NCBI GenBank assembly: GCA_030645475.1
Contig: JAUSMA010000032.1
Coordinates: 5,515-69,514, forward strand
Direction: 5' to 3'
Source of the DNA: Nitrospirota bacterium
Lineage (GTDB): Bacteria > Nitrospirota > Nitrospiria > Nitrospirales > Nitrospiraceae
DNA: 64,000 nucleotides
Of this stretch, positions 9,785-18,957 are shown in pieces. A model generated the notes under the pieces. It made no database searches. It saw nothing but the letters and a program-made list of their open reading frames with translations, and was not told the origin of the DNA. The position numbers and the translations under genes were made by a program. Numbering within the stretch: the stretch's first letter is position 1; each line of letters opens with the position of its first letter.

Positions 9785-9813
9785 ATTATACTGATCGCCT
9801 TGCCAGCGGGCAA
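9785..9813 (-). promoter_or_regulatory. Candidate sigma-70 promoter (TTGCCC-17-TATAAT on the minus strand)
   Basis: The minus strand reads TTGCCC gctggcaaggcgatcag TATAAT. The -10 hexamer is perfect and the spacer is 17 nt. It would produce a leader of about 190 nt before the small ORF at 9593. Confidence 0.45.
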
Positions 9814-9842
9814 CTTGCACGTACCGACAGTCATCACGTGAA

Positions 9843-9864
9843 GAACTGAACTGAACTGAACTGA
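9843..9864. repeat. Pentanucleotide microsatellite (GAACT)x4.4
   Basis: gaactgaactgaactgaactga, read directly. It lies in the 350-bp spacer downstream of modC. Confidence 0.9.
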
Positions 9865-9943
9865 TCGCTCATGCTGAGGATATCCACGCTATGCGAGCGG
9901 GAGGACCATCCAAACCATCTCGCCCATTTCTTCATCATTCTAC

Positions 9944-11026
9944 TCAGGCAAGCGATCGTGGGACAAGATGCACAGCACCAGCCTTGATCGCCGCGATGAC
10001 GGAGGCGCCAGACACCAGGCGCAAGTCCTCTACCGCCCCGCGCGTGATGGTTGCCGTGAGGGGGAAACCACAGTCGATCGTGACCTGCACCATCACGCCT
10101 TGCGGGGCAATATCGGTCACACGCCCCAGGAGATGATTACGGGCACTGGTCATCCCGCTCCCCGCAGGCTCCACCACCACATCTTCGGCACGGATACAGA
10201 CATAGACGGTTGCACCGATGGCATTACTACTCAGACCTTTCAGCCTCGTTCCGTTGACAGCCACCGTGGATAACCCGTCCGCCTGTTCGATCACCTCGCC
10301 TTGTACGACCGTCTCCACACCGACGATGCGCGCCACCTCCGCATTGGCCGGACGACTGAATACCTCATGAGGCTTCCCGACTTGATGGACCAGCCCCTTA
10401 CCCATCACCGCCATCACATCGCCCAACGTGAGCGCCTCCGACCAGTCGTGGGTCACAATGATCGAGGGCAGCGCTAATTGTTTCAGCAAGCTTCTAAGTT
10501 CCCCTCTCAGTTGAAGTCGGGTTGGCGCATCCAATGCCGACAAGGGTTCGTCGAGCAAGAGCAGTTGCGGCCTCGGCGCGACTGCTCTTGCCAACGCGAC
10601 CCGCTGCTGTTGGCCACCGGACAATTCTCGCGGTTTCGCCGCTTCCAACCCCTGCAACTGGAACAATTCCACCACCTCCGCAACTCTCTTGTTCCTCTCA
10701 GGGGAGGAGAAGGCCCCCAACCCATACGCAATATTTCCTGCCACGGAGTAGGTGGGGAAGAGCGCATAGTCTTGCGGCATGTACCCAATCTGTCGATCTT
10801 GCGGCGAGACCCTGATTCCCGATTTTGTATCTAACCAGGTCCGCGACAAAAACTGGATTCTCCCCTCTTCCGGCCATTCGAGTCCCGCAACGGACCGGAG
10901 AATGGTCGTTTTGCCTGACCCCGACGGACCGAACAGGATCAAGACGGTCGAGGCCTCGATCTCGTAGCGGAGATGGGCCTGAATAGGCGCCCGCCCGGAA
11001 AATGTCTTGGTCATGTCGATGGTCAT
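9944..11026 (-). CDS. modC: Molybdate ABC transporter ATP-binding protein with C-terminal TOBE domain
   Basis: Walker A GPSGSGKTT, signature LSGGQQQRV, Walker B LLLDEP, and a C-terminal TOBE-like domain. ATG at 11026 forms an ATGA overlap with the modB stop. Confidence 0.85.
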   Translation of the reverse strand: MTIDMTKTFSGRAPIQAHLRYEIEASTVLILFGPSGSGKTTILRSVAGLEWPEEGRIQFLSRTWLDTKSGIRVSPQDRQIGYMPQDYALFPTYSVAGNIAYGLGAFSSPERNKRVAEVVELFQLQGLEAAKPRELSGGQQQRVALARAVAPRPQLLLLDEPLSALDAPTRLQLRGELRSLLKQLALPSIIVTHDWSEALTLGDVMAVMGKGLVHQVGKPHEVFSRPANAEVARIVGVETVVQGEVIEQADGLSTVAVNGTRLKGLSSNAIGATVYVCIRAEDVVVEPAGSGMTSARNHLLGRVTDIAPQGVMVQVTIDCGFPLTATITRGAVEDLRLVSGASVIAAIKAGAVHLVPRSLA

Positions 11027-11697
11027 TTCTGCGGCCATACTGCCCACACCTTTCGATTCATCGCATAGACCAGGAGCAACACCCCATAGGAAACCGCGAG
11101 CAGCAACAGCGCCGTCTTGGCGGCTCCAGCGTAATTGAGCGCTTGTACTTCATCGTAAATATCGATCGAAACCGTTCGCGTTTCACCCTCAATGTTGCCC
11201 CCCACCATCAACACGACACCGAATTCTCCCAATGTATGAGCGAAACTCAATACCGCGCCGGTGACAAGTCCTGCCATGGAGAGCGGGACAATGAGCTTAA
11301 AGAACGTGGCGACTTTGGACACACCCAACGTCCAGGAGGCTTCGATCAAGCGGCGATCGACTTGCTCAAAGGCAGCAGCAAATGGTTGGACGGCAAACGG
11401 CAAACTGTAGAGGATCGACGCAAGGAGCAGACCTTCGAAGCTAAAGGGAAGCGGGTGCCCGACGAGATCGCTGTAGAATCGACCGACCGGGCTGTGGGGA
11501 CCGATGGCGACCAGAATATAAAAACCCAATACCGTCGGAGGAAGCACGAGCGGCAGCGCGACCACCGACTCGACAATGAATTTCCAGCGCCACTTTGAAA
11601 AGGTAAGCCAATAGGCGATGGGCAATCCGACCACCAGCAAAACGCCGGACGTCAAGCCGGCCAATTTGAATGTGACCCAGATGGCTGTCCAATTCAC
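11023..11697 (-). CDS. modB: Molybdate ABC transporter permease
   Basis: 224-aa polytopic protein with the EAA-type loop (IEASWTLGVSKVATFFKLIVPL) typical of ModB/CysT. Confidence 0.85.
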   Translation of the reverse strand: MNWTAIWVTFKLAGLTSGVLLVVGLPIAYWLTFSKWRWKFIVESVVALPLVLPPTVLGFYILVAIGPHSPVGRFYSDLVGHPLPFSFEGLLLASILYSLPFAVQPFAAAFEQVDRRLIEASWTLGVSKVATFFKLIVPLSMAGLVTGAVLSFAHTLGEFGVVLMVGGNIEGETRTVSIDIYDEVQALNYAGAAKTALLLLAVSYGVLLLVYAMNRKVWAVWPQK

Positions 11698-11730
11698 AAG
11701 ACTGCCTGCAATCCTTTCACGAGCGCCACC

Positions 11731-12036
11731 TCACCCACCTTTGCATCGAAACTGTATTCCCCAACGCCGGCCACTGACTTCCCCTTCTGCGCCTTCGACA
11801 CTGGACATGCTGCCGTATCCCTGCACTTCCCCATCTTTGAGAACGGTATAGCCGGAGGGACATTTCTTTTCGATGAGCTTCAACGCGTCTCTTCGATGCG
11901 GTGATCCCATCGGACCGCCCCGGTCTTCCTTGAACAGGTATGTCACGACTCCGCCGGTATCGGTTTCATGCGTGAGCAACACCGCCTCGGAACAGCCGAA
12001 ACTGGTAACCAGCAGGGCCAACCAGATCACCTTCAT
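11731..12036 (-). CDS. Small lipoprotein of unknown function inserted between modA and modB
   Basis: Start at MKVIWLALLVTSFGC (lipobox SFGC). About 100 aa. I recognise no family. Confidence 0.5.
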   Translation of the reverse strand: MKVIWLALLVTSFGCSEAVLLTHETDTGGVVTYLFKEDRGGPMGSPHRRDALKLIEKKCPSGYTVLKDGEVQGYGSMSSVEGAEGEVSGRRWGIQFRCKGG

Positions 12037-12043
12037 CCATGGC

Positions 12044-12820
12044 TTAACTGGGTAGCGTAAACCCATAGCGCTTCATGACCTCCTGTCCGTGAGGGCCTTT
12101 GATGAATTCAAGAAACTGTTTCGCGCCTTCTGGGTTTTTTGACTGCTTCAAGATCACGGCTCCTTGTTCCAGAGGTGGATGCGCAACCGCCGGAACCTCC
12201 CAGTATGTCCCTCGCGTTTGCATCGTCGGCGCAAGTGCCAGGGACAGCGCGATAATCCCGATGTCGCAGGCGCCGGATTCGATGAACTGCGCCGCTTGCG
12301 AGATGTTCTCTCCAAGAATGAGCCTGTCTTTGACCTGGTCATAAACCTTGAAGTGTTCCATCGCAGCAACCGCGGCACGTCCATAGGGGGCATGTTTGGG
12401 ATTGGCAATGGCGATCTTCTTGATCGTCGGATCACGCAAGACTTCCAGCCCCTTGGAAAGATCCAGGCGCAACCCATTGCCGGACCACAATACGATTCGC
12501 CCAACCGCGTAGGGGTAGAGCGAGCCAGGTAAGGTGAGACCTGCCTCTTCCAGTTTCTTGGGGTAGCCGATGTCGGCTGAAAAGTAGAGGTCGAACGGCG
12601 CGCCATTCTGAATTTGCGCATAGAAATTGCCCGAGGATCCGAGCGTCAGCTTCACATGGTTGCCGGTCGTCTGTTCGAATTCAGTCACGATTTCTTTAAA
12701 GGCAAAACTCAAATCTGACGCCGCGGCAATAATGACCTCCGCTGCAGACACGCTCGGAGCAAGGCAGGCCAACAGTAGACCACAGGCCAGAAACATCGAC
12801 AGGCAATATTTCAATTTCAT
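12044..12820 (-). CDS. modA: Periplasmic molybdate-binding protein
   Basis: ATG at 12820 with GAGGTG upstream. Signal peptide ending in SVSA. ModA-type motifs: AAASDLSFAF, GSSGNFYAQIQNGAPFDLYFSAD, ANPKHAPYG. Confidence 0.85.
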   Translation of the reverse strand: MKLKYCLSMFLACGLLLACLAPSVSAAEVIIAAASDLSFAFKEIVTEFEQTTGNHVKLTLGSSGNFYAQIQNGAPFDLYFSADIGYPKKLEEAGLTLPGSLYPYAVGRIVLWSGNGLRLDLSKGLEVLRDPTIKKIAIANPKHAPYGRAAVAAMEHFKVYDQVKDRLILGENISQAAQFIESGACDIGIIALSLALAPTMQTRGTYWEVPAVAHPPLEQGAVILKQSKNPEGAKQFLEFIKGPHGQEVMKRYGFTLPS

Positions 12821-12851
12821 CACCACCTCATTCCACTGATGCGTTGAACGA

Positions 12852-14648
12852 TTAGAAAAATATTTGATACTGCAACCGGATCGCATTTTCGATCAGCGTC
12901 CCTGCATGCGCATCCAGGGGCACGGAACCGGACGGACAGTTGGCCGGGCAAGCCCCTGTCGCCGGCAACGGGGCGCTCCGCCCGATCGCAAAACCACCCT
13001 GGCCCATGGCGATATTGCTATAGGTCAGCATGATTTGATGGTCATAGGTCCCACTGAGGAACCAATTCAGCGAGAAGTCGACTTCCTTAATCAAATCGCC
13101 TCCCGAATTGGTATCGGGATCCCACCAGGCATAGCGGGCGGCAAATTCCAGTTTTCGTGGAATCAGGTAATAACCGGATTGAACGTACCAGCCTGTCGTG
13201 TTGCCAAACTGCCCAGGAGCATAGGTGGTACAAGGGCCACCGACTCCATTCGTCACCATACAAGGGAGGCCCTTGGTATGCCGTGTCACGTTCCTGAACC
13301 AATATTCCGCTTGCAAGGAAAAGCCACGATACTTGAAGGCATAATCCAGCGTCCAGGTTGAAAAGTCGACCACGCCCTGTCCGAGAATACGTGCGTTCCC
13401 GTTTTGAGCCAGTGCGCGGCGAACGGTTAAATTTGCCAGATCGATCCCCACAAACGCATTACCTGTACTGGTATCGATCGCCGGATTATAGGCATACCCT
13501 CCACCGACAGCCATCTGCGGAGTCTCCGAATAGGCCAAATCGCCTTCACCGTAACCTGCCCGGCCCAGGATATTCGCCTGGAGTCTCGCCACGTACATCA
13601 ACTGATTAACATTGCTTCGAACATTTGCGTTGAGGCTGCGCTGATTGACGGGGCATCCTGCTGGTGACGGAAAGGGATTCCCGCCCGTTTGTCCGCCCGG
13701 GCAGCCGACGGTCGGCTCTTCGCTCGTAAATTGCGCGAAGCGGTTTACCAACGGGCCGGCACCATTAAACACGCCGAAGTAATAATTGACCGGATACACT
13801 TCTTCGTCGTTCATAATCGTGATGCCCACATCTCGACGATTGATGCCGTTCGCCGTAAAGGCATCCATTGCGAGAGCGCGGCTCGCAAACTGCATCGAAG
13901 CCGTCGAATTGATCTGCGACCGATTGAAGTAGACCTTGTACTGGCCGAGTTGCACGTTCAACCAGGGGATATGGGTGCTGGTCACATTCATATCGAACAC
14001 AGAAAGAGCTCCCGGCGCCTGGGCGTTCTCCGAAGTCTCGCCGGCAAGTTGGATGTAATATTTGAAATCCGGGCTAAAGAGGTGCCCCATGAAATAGAGC
14101 CGCGCAGTCCTCAAATTAAATGAGGATGCGTCACCGATAGAGCGATTGGCCCGGTAATCGCCGAACACACCGAGCAGTTCCGGAAAGTTTTTTGAATCGC
14201 CGGACTCGCGGTAGGCCTCATTTCTGGAGCGCTGTGTGAACCGCGTCGCGAACCGTGCCCGTATCTTCAAGAGAAAGGCATTGTCGTTCATGGAAAAGTT
14301 AAAGCCCCGGTCATACCAGGCCTTGAAGCTCGGCTGGAGCAGATAGATTCGCTCCTGCGACTCTCTGACGACCGCGTCATATTCTTCCTGCGTGATGGTG
14401 CCCTGTTTGACGGCTCGCTCCAGGAGCAGTTTGGTCGCCGGATCCATACTCTCGACAAAGACATACTTCCCATCCTTCTCCACCAGTTTTCCCGCATCAG
14501 CCGCGAAGACCGGGAGTGGCCCGAACCACGCAAGGCAAACCAACCACAGAGCGAATCCGACAATCTTGCTCCACCGTGGTACAGCAACTGAGGCAACAGA
14601 TGATCCCCCGATGCCTCTGAATGACTGCCACATGTCACCACTCTTCAT
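12852..14648 (-). CDS. Outer-membrane porin (phosphate-selective porin O/P-like beta-barrel), paralogue 1
   Basis: Long signal peptide ending in VFAADAG, alternating beta-strand pattern, and C-terminal LQYQIFF (terminal Phe). It shows similarity throughout its length to the ORF at 19107..20747. The start is uncertain (ATG 14648, ATG 14633 or GTG 14663). Confidence 0.75.
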   Translation of the reverse strand: MKSGDMWQSFRGIGGSSVASVAVPRWSKIVGFALWLVCLAWFGPLPVFAADAGKLVEKDGKYVFVESMDPATKLLLERAVKQGTITQEEYDAVVRESQERIYLLQPSFKAWYDRGFNFSMNDNAFLLKIRARFATRFTQRSRNEAYRESGDSKNFPELLGVFGDYRANRSIGDASSFNLRTARLYFMGHLFSPDFKYYIQLAGETSENAQAPGALSVFDMNVTSTHIPWLNVQLGQYKVYFNRSQINSTASMQFASRALAMDAFTANGINRRDVGITIMNDEEVYPVNYYFGVFNGAGPLVNRFAQFTSEEPTVGCPGGQTGGNPFPSPAGCPVNQRSLNANVRSNVNQLMYVARLQANILGRAGYGEGDLAYSETPQMAVGGGYAYNPAIDTSTGNAFVGIDLANLTVRRALAQNGNARILGQGVVDFSTWTLDYAFKYRGFSLQAEYWFRNVTRHTKGLPCMVTNGVGGPCTTYAPGQFGNTTGWYVQSGYYLIPRKLEFAARYAWWDPDTNSGGDLIKEVDFSLNWFLSGTYDHQIMLTYSNIAMGQGGFAIGRSAPLPATGACPANCPSGSVPLDAHAGTLIENAIRLQYQIFF

Positions 14649-14723
14649 AAATCCCTCGTCCACAAGTACGTTTAACGCCTAAGAATGAGCGTCACCAAAA
14701 TAGAGGCTCATGCGAATGGGTGA

Positions 14724-15365
14724 TTAAGGCGACGAGGCTGTTTTCAGGAACTCCCGAAAATCCACTCCTCGCCGGTCGGTCGTCTTGGGGTCGTGCACAT
14801 AGAATCGACCAGGCTCGAAATACAGGAGGTAGGTGTTCGCCGGAGTCCAGGGGGTTGGATAGTTGTAATCGTAGGGATCGGACTTCGTGACCGGCTGCTG
14901 AACATGAAAGTAATCAATGGTCAGATGGAGCAGGCGATCCTGTATGGCCACCCATCCGCCCGTGACATCGCGCCGGTACCGGGGGTTCATACCAGGAGCA
15001 AAGAGTTCGAAGTAGACCCGCTCTTCGGGCCCCACCTTCTGCAGGGCAGCGGCAAGTTGCGGGGCCAACAGCTGTAATTCGTCTTCCCTGAATAATTTCT
15101 TTGGTGGATCCTCTTCGGCATACCAGCGAAGCGGCAGACGCTGCTGTTCACGCAGAGAAAACCCGCGGAAAATGGCGACAATCTGTTCAGGGGCAATCTG
15201 GACTGGATGCCGATATCCTGCCGACGTGACTTCCCGCTGCAGCAGCACGGCGACCCGTTGATCCTCATGCACCACCGTCGTGGTGTAGGGAATGCGGGCA
15301 CAACCTGAACCAATCACAACGAGAAGGGCAACCACCATGGCTGCCGACTGCCTCCGGACATACAT
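14724..15365 (-). CDS. Lipoprotein of unknown function, paralogue 1
   Basis: ATG at 15365 with GGAGG 6 nt upstream. Lipobox VIGSGC. It shares FREDELQLLAPQLAAALQKVGPEERVYFEL...TGGW..I...LLHLTI with the ORF at 21598..22332. Confidence 0.7.
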   Translation of the reverse strand: MYVRRQSAAMVVALLVVIGSGCARIPYTTTVVHEDQRVAVLLQREVTSAGYRHPVQIAPEQIVAIFRGFSLREQQRLPLRWYAEEDPPKKLFREDELQLLAPQLAAALQKVGPEERVYFELFAPGMNPRYRRDVTGGWVAIQDRLLHLTIDYFHVQQPVTKSDPYDYNYPTPWTPANTYLLYFEPGRFYVHDPKTTDRRGVDFREFLKTASSP

Positions 15366-15466
15366 GCCGAACCTCCTACCGATTTACGCCACCACGATAC
15401 AAAAATGATTGACTGGTATTCTTGACGTATGGAGCAAAAAAATATTGCGCCCGTTACTTCCCTTAT

Positions 15467-16300
15467 TTATTTGGGCAACCCATAACCCAAGCCTTTCAAG
15501 ATGCTTCGGGCTTCCGGAGACTGGGAAAACGCGAGGAACTCTTCGCACAGTGGACGATTGGGGCAGTACCGCTCCATCGCCAGAGAATGGACGATCGGAC
15601 GGATGGCCTGCTCAGGCGCCACGGCGACGATGCGAACTCGCTCCCTCTTCTCATAGGCATCCGGGCCGAAGACAATGCCGACATCCGCTTGTCCGTTGAG
15701 GACGTGATCCAACACACCCCGCGAATCCGTCGCTACATCCAACCGGCCTTTCATAGGCTCCGCAATTCCCAAGGCATTAAAAAGTTCGTGAGTCTTCTGT
15801 CCAACCACGGTCAGCAACGGATCTGCGACAGCTACTCGTATCCGAGTATCCTGAGCAAGAGCCTCGAACGACGGCGGCGCATCGACAAGCGATTCAGGCA
15901 CGACCATCACGAGCGAGACCGTCGCGTATGGCCGGCGCGTCTGTGGCAGCACATAATATTTCTGCTCCATGCGAGTGATCAGCTCATCGCCACCCGGTGC
16001 AATGATGTGAATGGGGCCGGACCCAATGAAATATCGTCCCGAGGGATGATTCTCCATCGCGGCGATTGTGCGACGCAGATCCAAGCCAGAATCGAAATAG
16101 AGTCGTACCTTCACATTCTGATGAACCGCCTCAAAGGCCCTGGCAAGGGCTTCAAGCGGCGGGGCCAGACTCGGAGAGGCGGCGATGACTAGGGGTTCCA
16201 ACGCCAATGCCCCCTGTGCCAGGGCACCATTGAAAATGATCCAACACAACAAAGGTCGGCACATACGCATCGCGATTATCTTGAGTCGAGGATCAATCAT
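15467..16300 (-). CDS. ModA-like periplasmic oxyanion-binding protein, paralogue 2
   Basis: ATGA overlap with the upstream regulator stop. Signal-like N-terminus, PBP type-2 ModA-like layout (VIAASPSLAPPLEALARAF, VAVADP, ADVGIVF) with an insertion. Confidence 0.65.
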   Translation of the reverse strand: MIDPRLKIIAMRMCRPLLCWIIFNGALAQGALALEPLVIAASPSLAPPLEALARAFEAVHQNVKVRLYFDSGLDLRRTIAAMENHPSGRYFIGSGPIHIIAPGGDELITRMEQKYYVLPQTRRPYATVSLVMVVPESLVDAPPSFEALAQDTRIRVAVADPLLTVVGQKTHELFNALGIAEPMKGRLDVATDSRGVLDHVLNGQADVGIVFGPDAYEKRERVRIVAVAPEQAIRPIVHSLAMERYCPNRPLCEEFLAFSQSPEARSILKGLGYGLPK

Positions 16301-17472
16301 GTTTGCAGTGCGTGAACCTTTCCGGTTTCCCTCGTGTCGTATCCACCCAGCGCTTCGATTTCGTTCCGAAATGGCCGGCTGGCGATGGTCTCAAACAGAT
16401 GGGCCAGCGTTGGATGAGACTTGAGATAGGCTTTGGGAACCACGAGGTCGTAGCGCGCGGCTTGAAGTGGCACAAAATCGAGGCCAAAAAGTTGTGCGGC
16501 AGACCGGATCCCGATCCCGACGTCAGCCTGCTGGCCGGCGATGGCCCGGGCAACTTCAAAGTGAGACGATACCCTGCTCTCGTACCCGCGTATCTGCGTT
16601 GGATCGATCCCCGCCGCGCGTAGCCGTTGATCGAGCATGAGCCTGGCTCCCGCCCCCTCTTCTCGATTCACGAGGGTCACCAGAGGGTCCACCAAGTCAG
16701 CGGCAGCACGGATGGACTTGGGATTGCCAGGACGGACGAGGAAGCCCTCTTCCCAGGTTGCGAAGGTGACGACATCGTAATTTGTACCCTTCAGCGCCTG
16801 TCGGAGGAACGGCAGATTGGATTCCCCGGTCGTCGGATCGAGGAGATGAAGACCGGCTACGTGCACCTCGCCCTCCTGCAAGGCTCGCAGGGCCGCCATA
16901 CTCCCCATGGTCCAACCCACGACGGAGGTAAGATCCTTTCCCCGCCGCAAATGCGCGCCGGCAAGAAAGATCGCAGGATCACAGCCAGCGACAGAAATCT
17001 CCTGTTCGATCGCCTGACGATCGCGTGACAAGTTCACTCGCACCATTGAGCCCGACGTCTGCCCATGCACATCCGCTGCATATCCATCGGCAGGCACACT
17101 ATAGGAAAGAACGTCGCCCAATTCCGTGACAGGGCGCACAACCATGCGAGTTCCTACCCTCGCGACCTTCACGCGAACCGTCGAGACCTTTTCATCGGGC
17201 TGGGGAAAATGACCGATCAGCTTCCCTTCAATAACATCCTGCGCCTCCACAAGACTGAAGAGATCTTCCACTCGACAGCCCAATGCCGCTGCCAGGCGAA
17301 GCGCAACCGCCGTGGTGGGCAGATAAAGATGGGACTCGATGGCAGAAACGGCCTGCCTGGTGATCCCGGATTTTCCGGCAAGTTCACCTTGCGAAAAGCT
17401 CCGTGAGACACGGATATCTTTTAGATGATTCGCGAAATGTTCGATTGATTCGGCTCGATGTGCCTGCGCCAT
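16297..17472 (-). CDS. Transcriptional regulator: XRE-type HTH fused to a PBP-like (COG1910-type molybdate/tungstate-binding) domain
   Basis: ATG at 17472. N-terminal HTH (FSQGELAGKSGITRQAVSAIES), then about 300 aa resembling the soluble oxyanion-binding domains seen in TunR/ModE-type regulators. Confidence 0.65.
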   Translation of the reverse strand: MAQAHRAESIEHFANHLKDIRVSRSFSQGELAGKSGITRQAVSAIESHLYLPTTAVALRLAAALGCRVEDLFSLVEAQDVIEGKLIGHFPQPDEKVSTVRVKVARVGTRMVVRPVTELGDVLSYSVPADGYAADVHGQTSGSMVRVNLSRDRQAIEQEISVAGCDPAIFLAGAHLRRGKDLTSVVGWTMGSMAALRALQEGEVHVAGLHLLDPTTGESNLPFLRQALKGTNYDVVTFATWEEGFLVRPGNPKSIRAAADLVDPLVTLVNREEGAGARLMLDQRLRAAGIDPTQIRGYESRVSSHFEVARAIAGQQADVGIGIRSAAQLFGLDFVPLQAARYDLVVPKAYLKSHPTLAHLFETIASRPFRNEIEALGGYDTRETGKVHALQT

Positions 17473-17624
17473 AGTGGCAGGCTTATAGCAATCATAGATT
17501 ACTAATAGCAAGTATAAAATGTATCATAATTGATATTTATTGATTTTTTTATTCAAAATAACCAATTCGAATCAATAGCCATTGCAGAGTATTCCTCCCG
17601 CATATGCCTATACATAATATATTG

Positions 17625-17654
17625 TTGACAATTTAGATTCATTTAGTTTATACT
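17625..17654 (+). promoter_or_regulatory. Candidate sigma-70 promoter (TTGACA-18-TATACT) with the direct repeat ATTTAG-N4-ATTTAG in the spacer
   Basis: TTGACA at 17625-17630 and TATACT at 17649-17654. The spacer is atttagattc atttagttta. It lies in a strikingly AT-rich 155-bp divergent region (17512-17667). Confidence 0.55.
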
Positions 17655-17691
17655 ATACATATCATTCATGACCGGAATAATAGGAATTGAC

Positions 17692-18741
17692 ATGCGCCTT
17701 ACATTATTTCACCAGCTTCAATACCGGAACATCTTCCTAACATCGCTCGCGTTCCTCTTCTTCACGGCGACCGCCATCCCTTCACAGTCTTCTGCGCTAG
17801 ATTGGGTCCCGACCGATGAGGAGATCAAGAAATATCGCCAGAGCTGGAATCCGCTTTCCCACGGACCAGTTCTCCTCCAGGCTGTCGACACCCAACCGAA
17901 GGGACAACTTTCCATCCGCGAATTTATCTTCTCGCAAATCGGCGAAAGTAGCTTCGGCAATCGCCTGAGCGGTCCGACCGACAGCAAGAACGGACCGGTG
18001 CATCTCTATCAAGTGTCCCCTTCTATCAATACGGCCTATGGACTGACCAATCACATCGAACTAGGCGCCGCCATTTCGATGAATTCATTCTGGGCAAACC
18101 AGAACGGGCAGAGGACGAGCTCGACGGGATTCGGGGACACCTCGCTCATCATGAAATACCGGCCCATCATCCAAGATCCTGGAGGCTGGCGCCCGTCCGT
18201 GACCCATTACACGCAAGTCGTACTCCCCACCAGCCGTTGGGCCGATGCCGAGAAGCCACCAGGGGGGTTCTCGCCGCTCGGCCGACTACCCAGTACGCGG
18301 TTCGGGGAATATGGACTGACCCAAGGCTTGATGACGCGAAAAAACTTCGAACCGATTCGCATCAGCGCAGCCGTGTTCTATACCTATGCCGCACCGGGAG
18401 AGAGCGGCGGCAGGAACGCCTACACCGGGGACGTAGTCAACACACGCTTGATCTTCGAACACATCCTGGATGACAAGAGCGGGTTCGGGTACAACATCGA
18501 AGTCAGCACCCTGCACGGACTCACCTGGCGGGCGGATGGACATGAAGTCAACGCAGGGCAGAAAAACGGATTTACGATCATCGGCGTGGAACCGGCGCTG
18601 CAATGGAACTTTTCGCAAAACTGGCTGGTCGCCGTCGGCTGCCAGTTTACGGTGGCAGGCCAGAACGCCATCAACGCCATCTATCCGAATCTGTCCGTCT
18701 TCTGGTTCTGGGATAAGAGCGGCAAAATCGTCATGCGCTAG
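17692..18741 (+). CDS. Outer-membrane beta-barrel protein (MetA-pathway/transporter-like OMP family)
   Basis: Signal peptide ending in SQSSA. GFGDTSLIMKYR motif and an aromatic-rich C-terminal strand (LSVFWFW). An alternative ATG is at 17668. Confidence 0.6.
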   Translation: MRLTLFHQLQYRNIFLTSLAFLFFTATAIPSQSSALDWVPTDEEIKKYRQSWNPLSHGPVLLQAVDTQPKGQLSIREFIFSQIGESSFGNRLSGPTDSKNGPVHLYQVSPSINTAYGLTNHIELGAAISMNSFWANQNGQRTSSTGFGDTSLIMKYRPIIQDPGGWRPSVTHYTQVVLPTSRWADAEKPPGGFSPLGRLPSTRFGEYGLTQGLMTRKNFEPIRISAAVFYTYAAPGESGGRNAYTGDVVNTRLIFEHILDDKSGFGYNIEVSTLHGLTWRADGHEVNAGQKNGFTIIGVEPALQWNFSQNWLVAVGCQFTVAGQNAINAIYPNLSVFWFWDKSGKIVMR

Positions 18742-18774
18742 CAGTCTCACACAAGATCGATCAGGACCATCATC

Positions 18775-18957
18775 ATGGGAAGCACAGAACGATCAGATCG
18801 GCAGGACCCTCAGGCAATCGAGCAGGCCATTCGCCTCGCCCTGAGAGGCCTTCGCTTTGGGTCCATCGAGATCATCGTGCATGACTCCAAAGTCGTGCAG
18901 ATCGAGCGCAAGGAAAAGATGCGCCTTGAGGGCGAAGGCCCAACCGCCACACGCTGA
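18775..18957 (+). CDS. DUF2292 (YezD-like) small protein
   Basis: The 60-aa ORF contains GSIEIIVHDSKVVQIERKEKMRL, which is the YezD/DUF2292 core. Confidence 0.65.
   Translation: MGSTERSDRQDPQAIEQAIRLALRGLRFGSIEIIVHDSKVVQIERKEKMRLEGEGPTATR

Noticed and set aside
15422-16192. Long antisense ORFs inside well-supported genes (15422..16192, 25085..25669, 31426..32121, 51056..51973, 52361..53263, 54775..55383, 34127..34768)
   Set aside because: These are shadow ORFs typical of high-GC DNA. Each lies opposite a gene with clear family motifs, and their translations are R/G/P/A-rich with no recognisable domains.
17475-17490. TGGCAG-N5-TAGCA sigma-54-like site on the plus strand at the regulator start codon
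   Set aside because: It has two mismatches outside the GG/GC core and lies 200 nt upstream of the first plus-strand gene. A much better sigma-70 promoter lies closer. I note it only as a weak look-alike.
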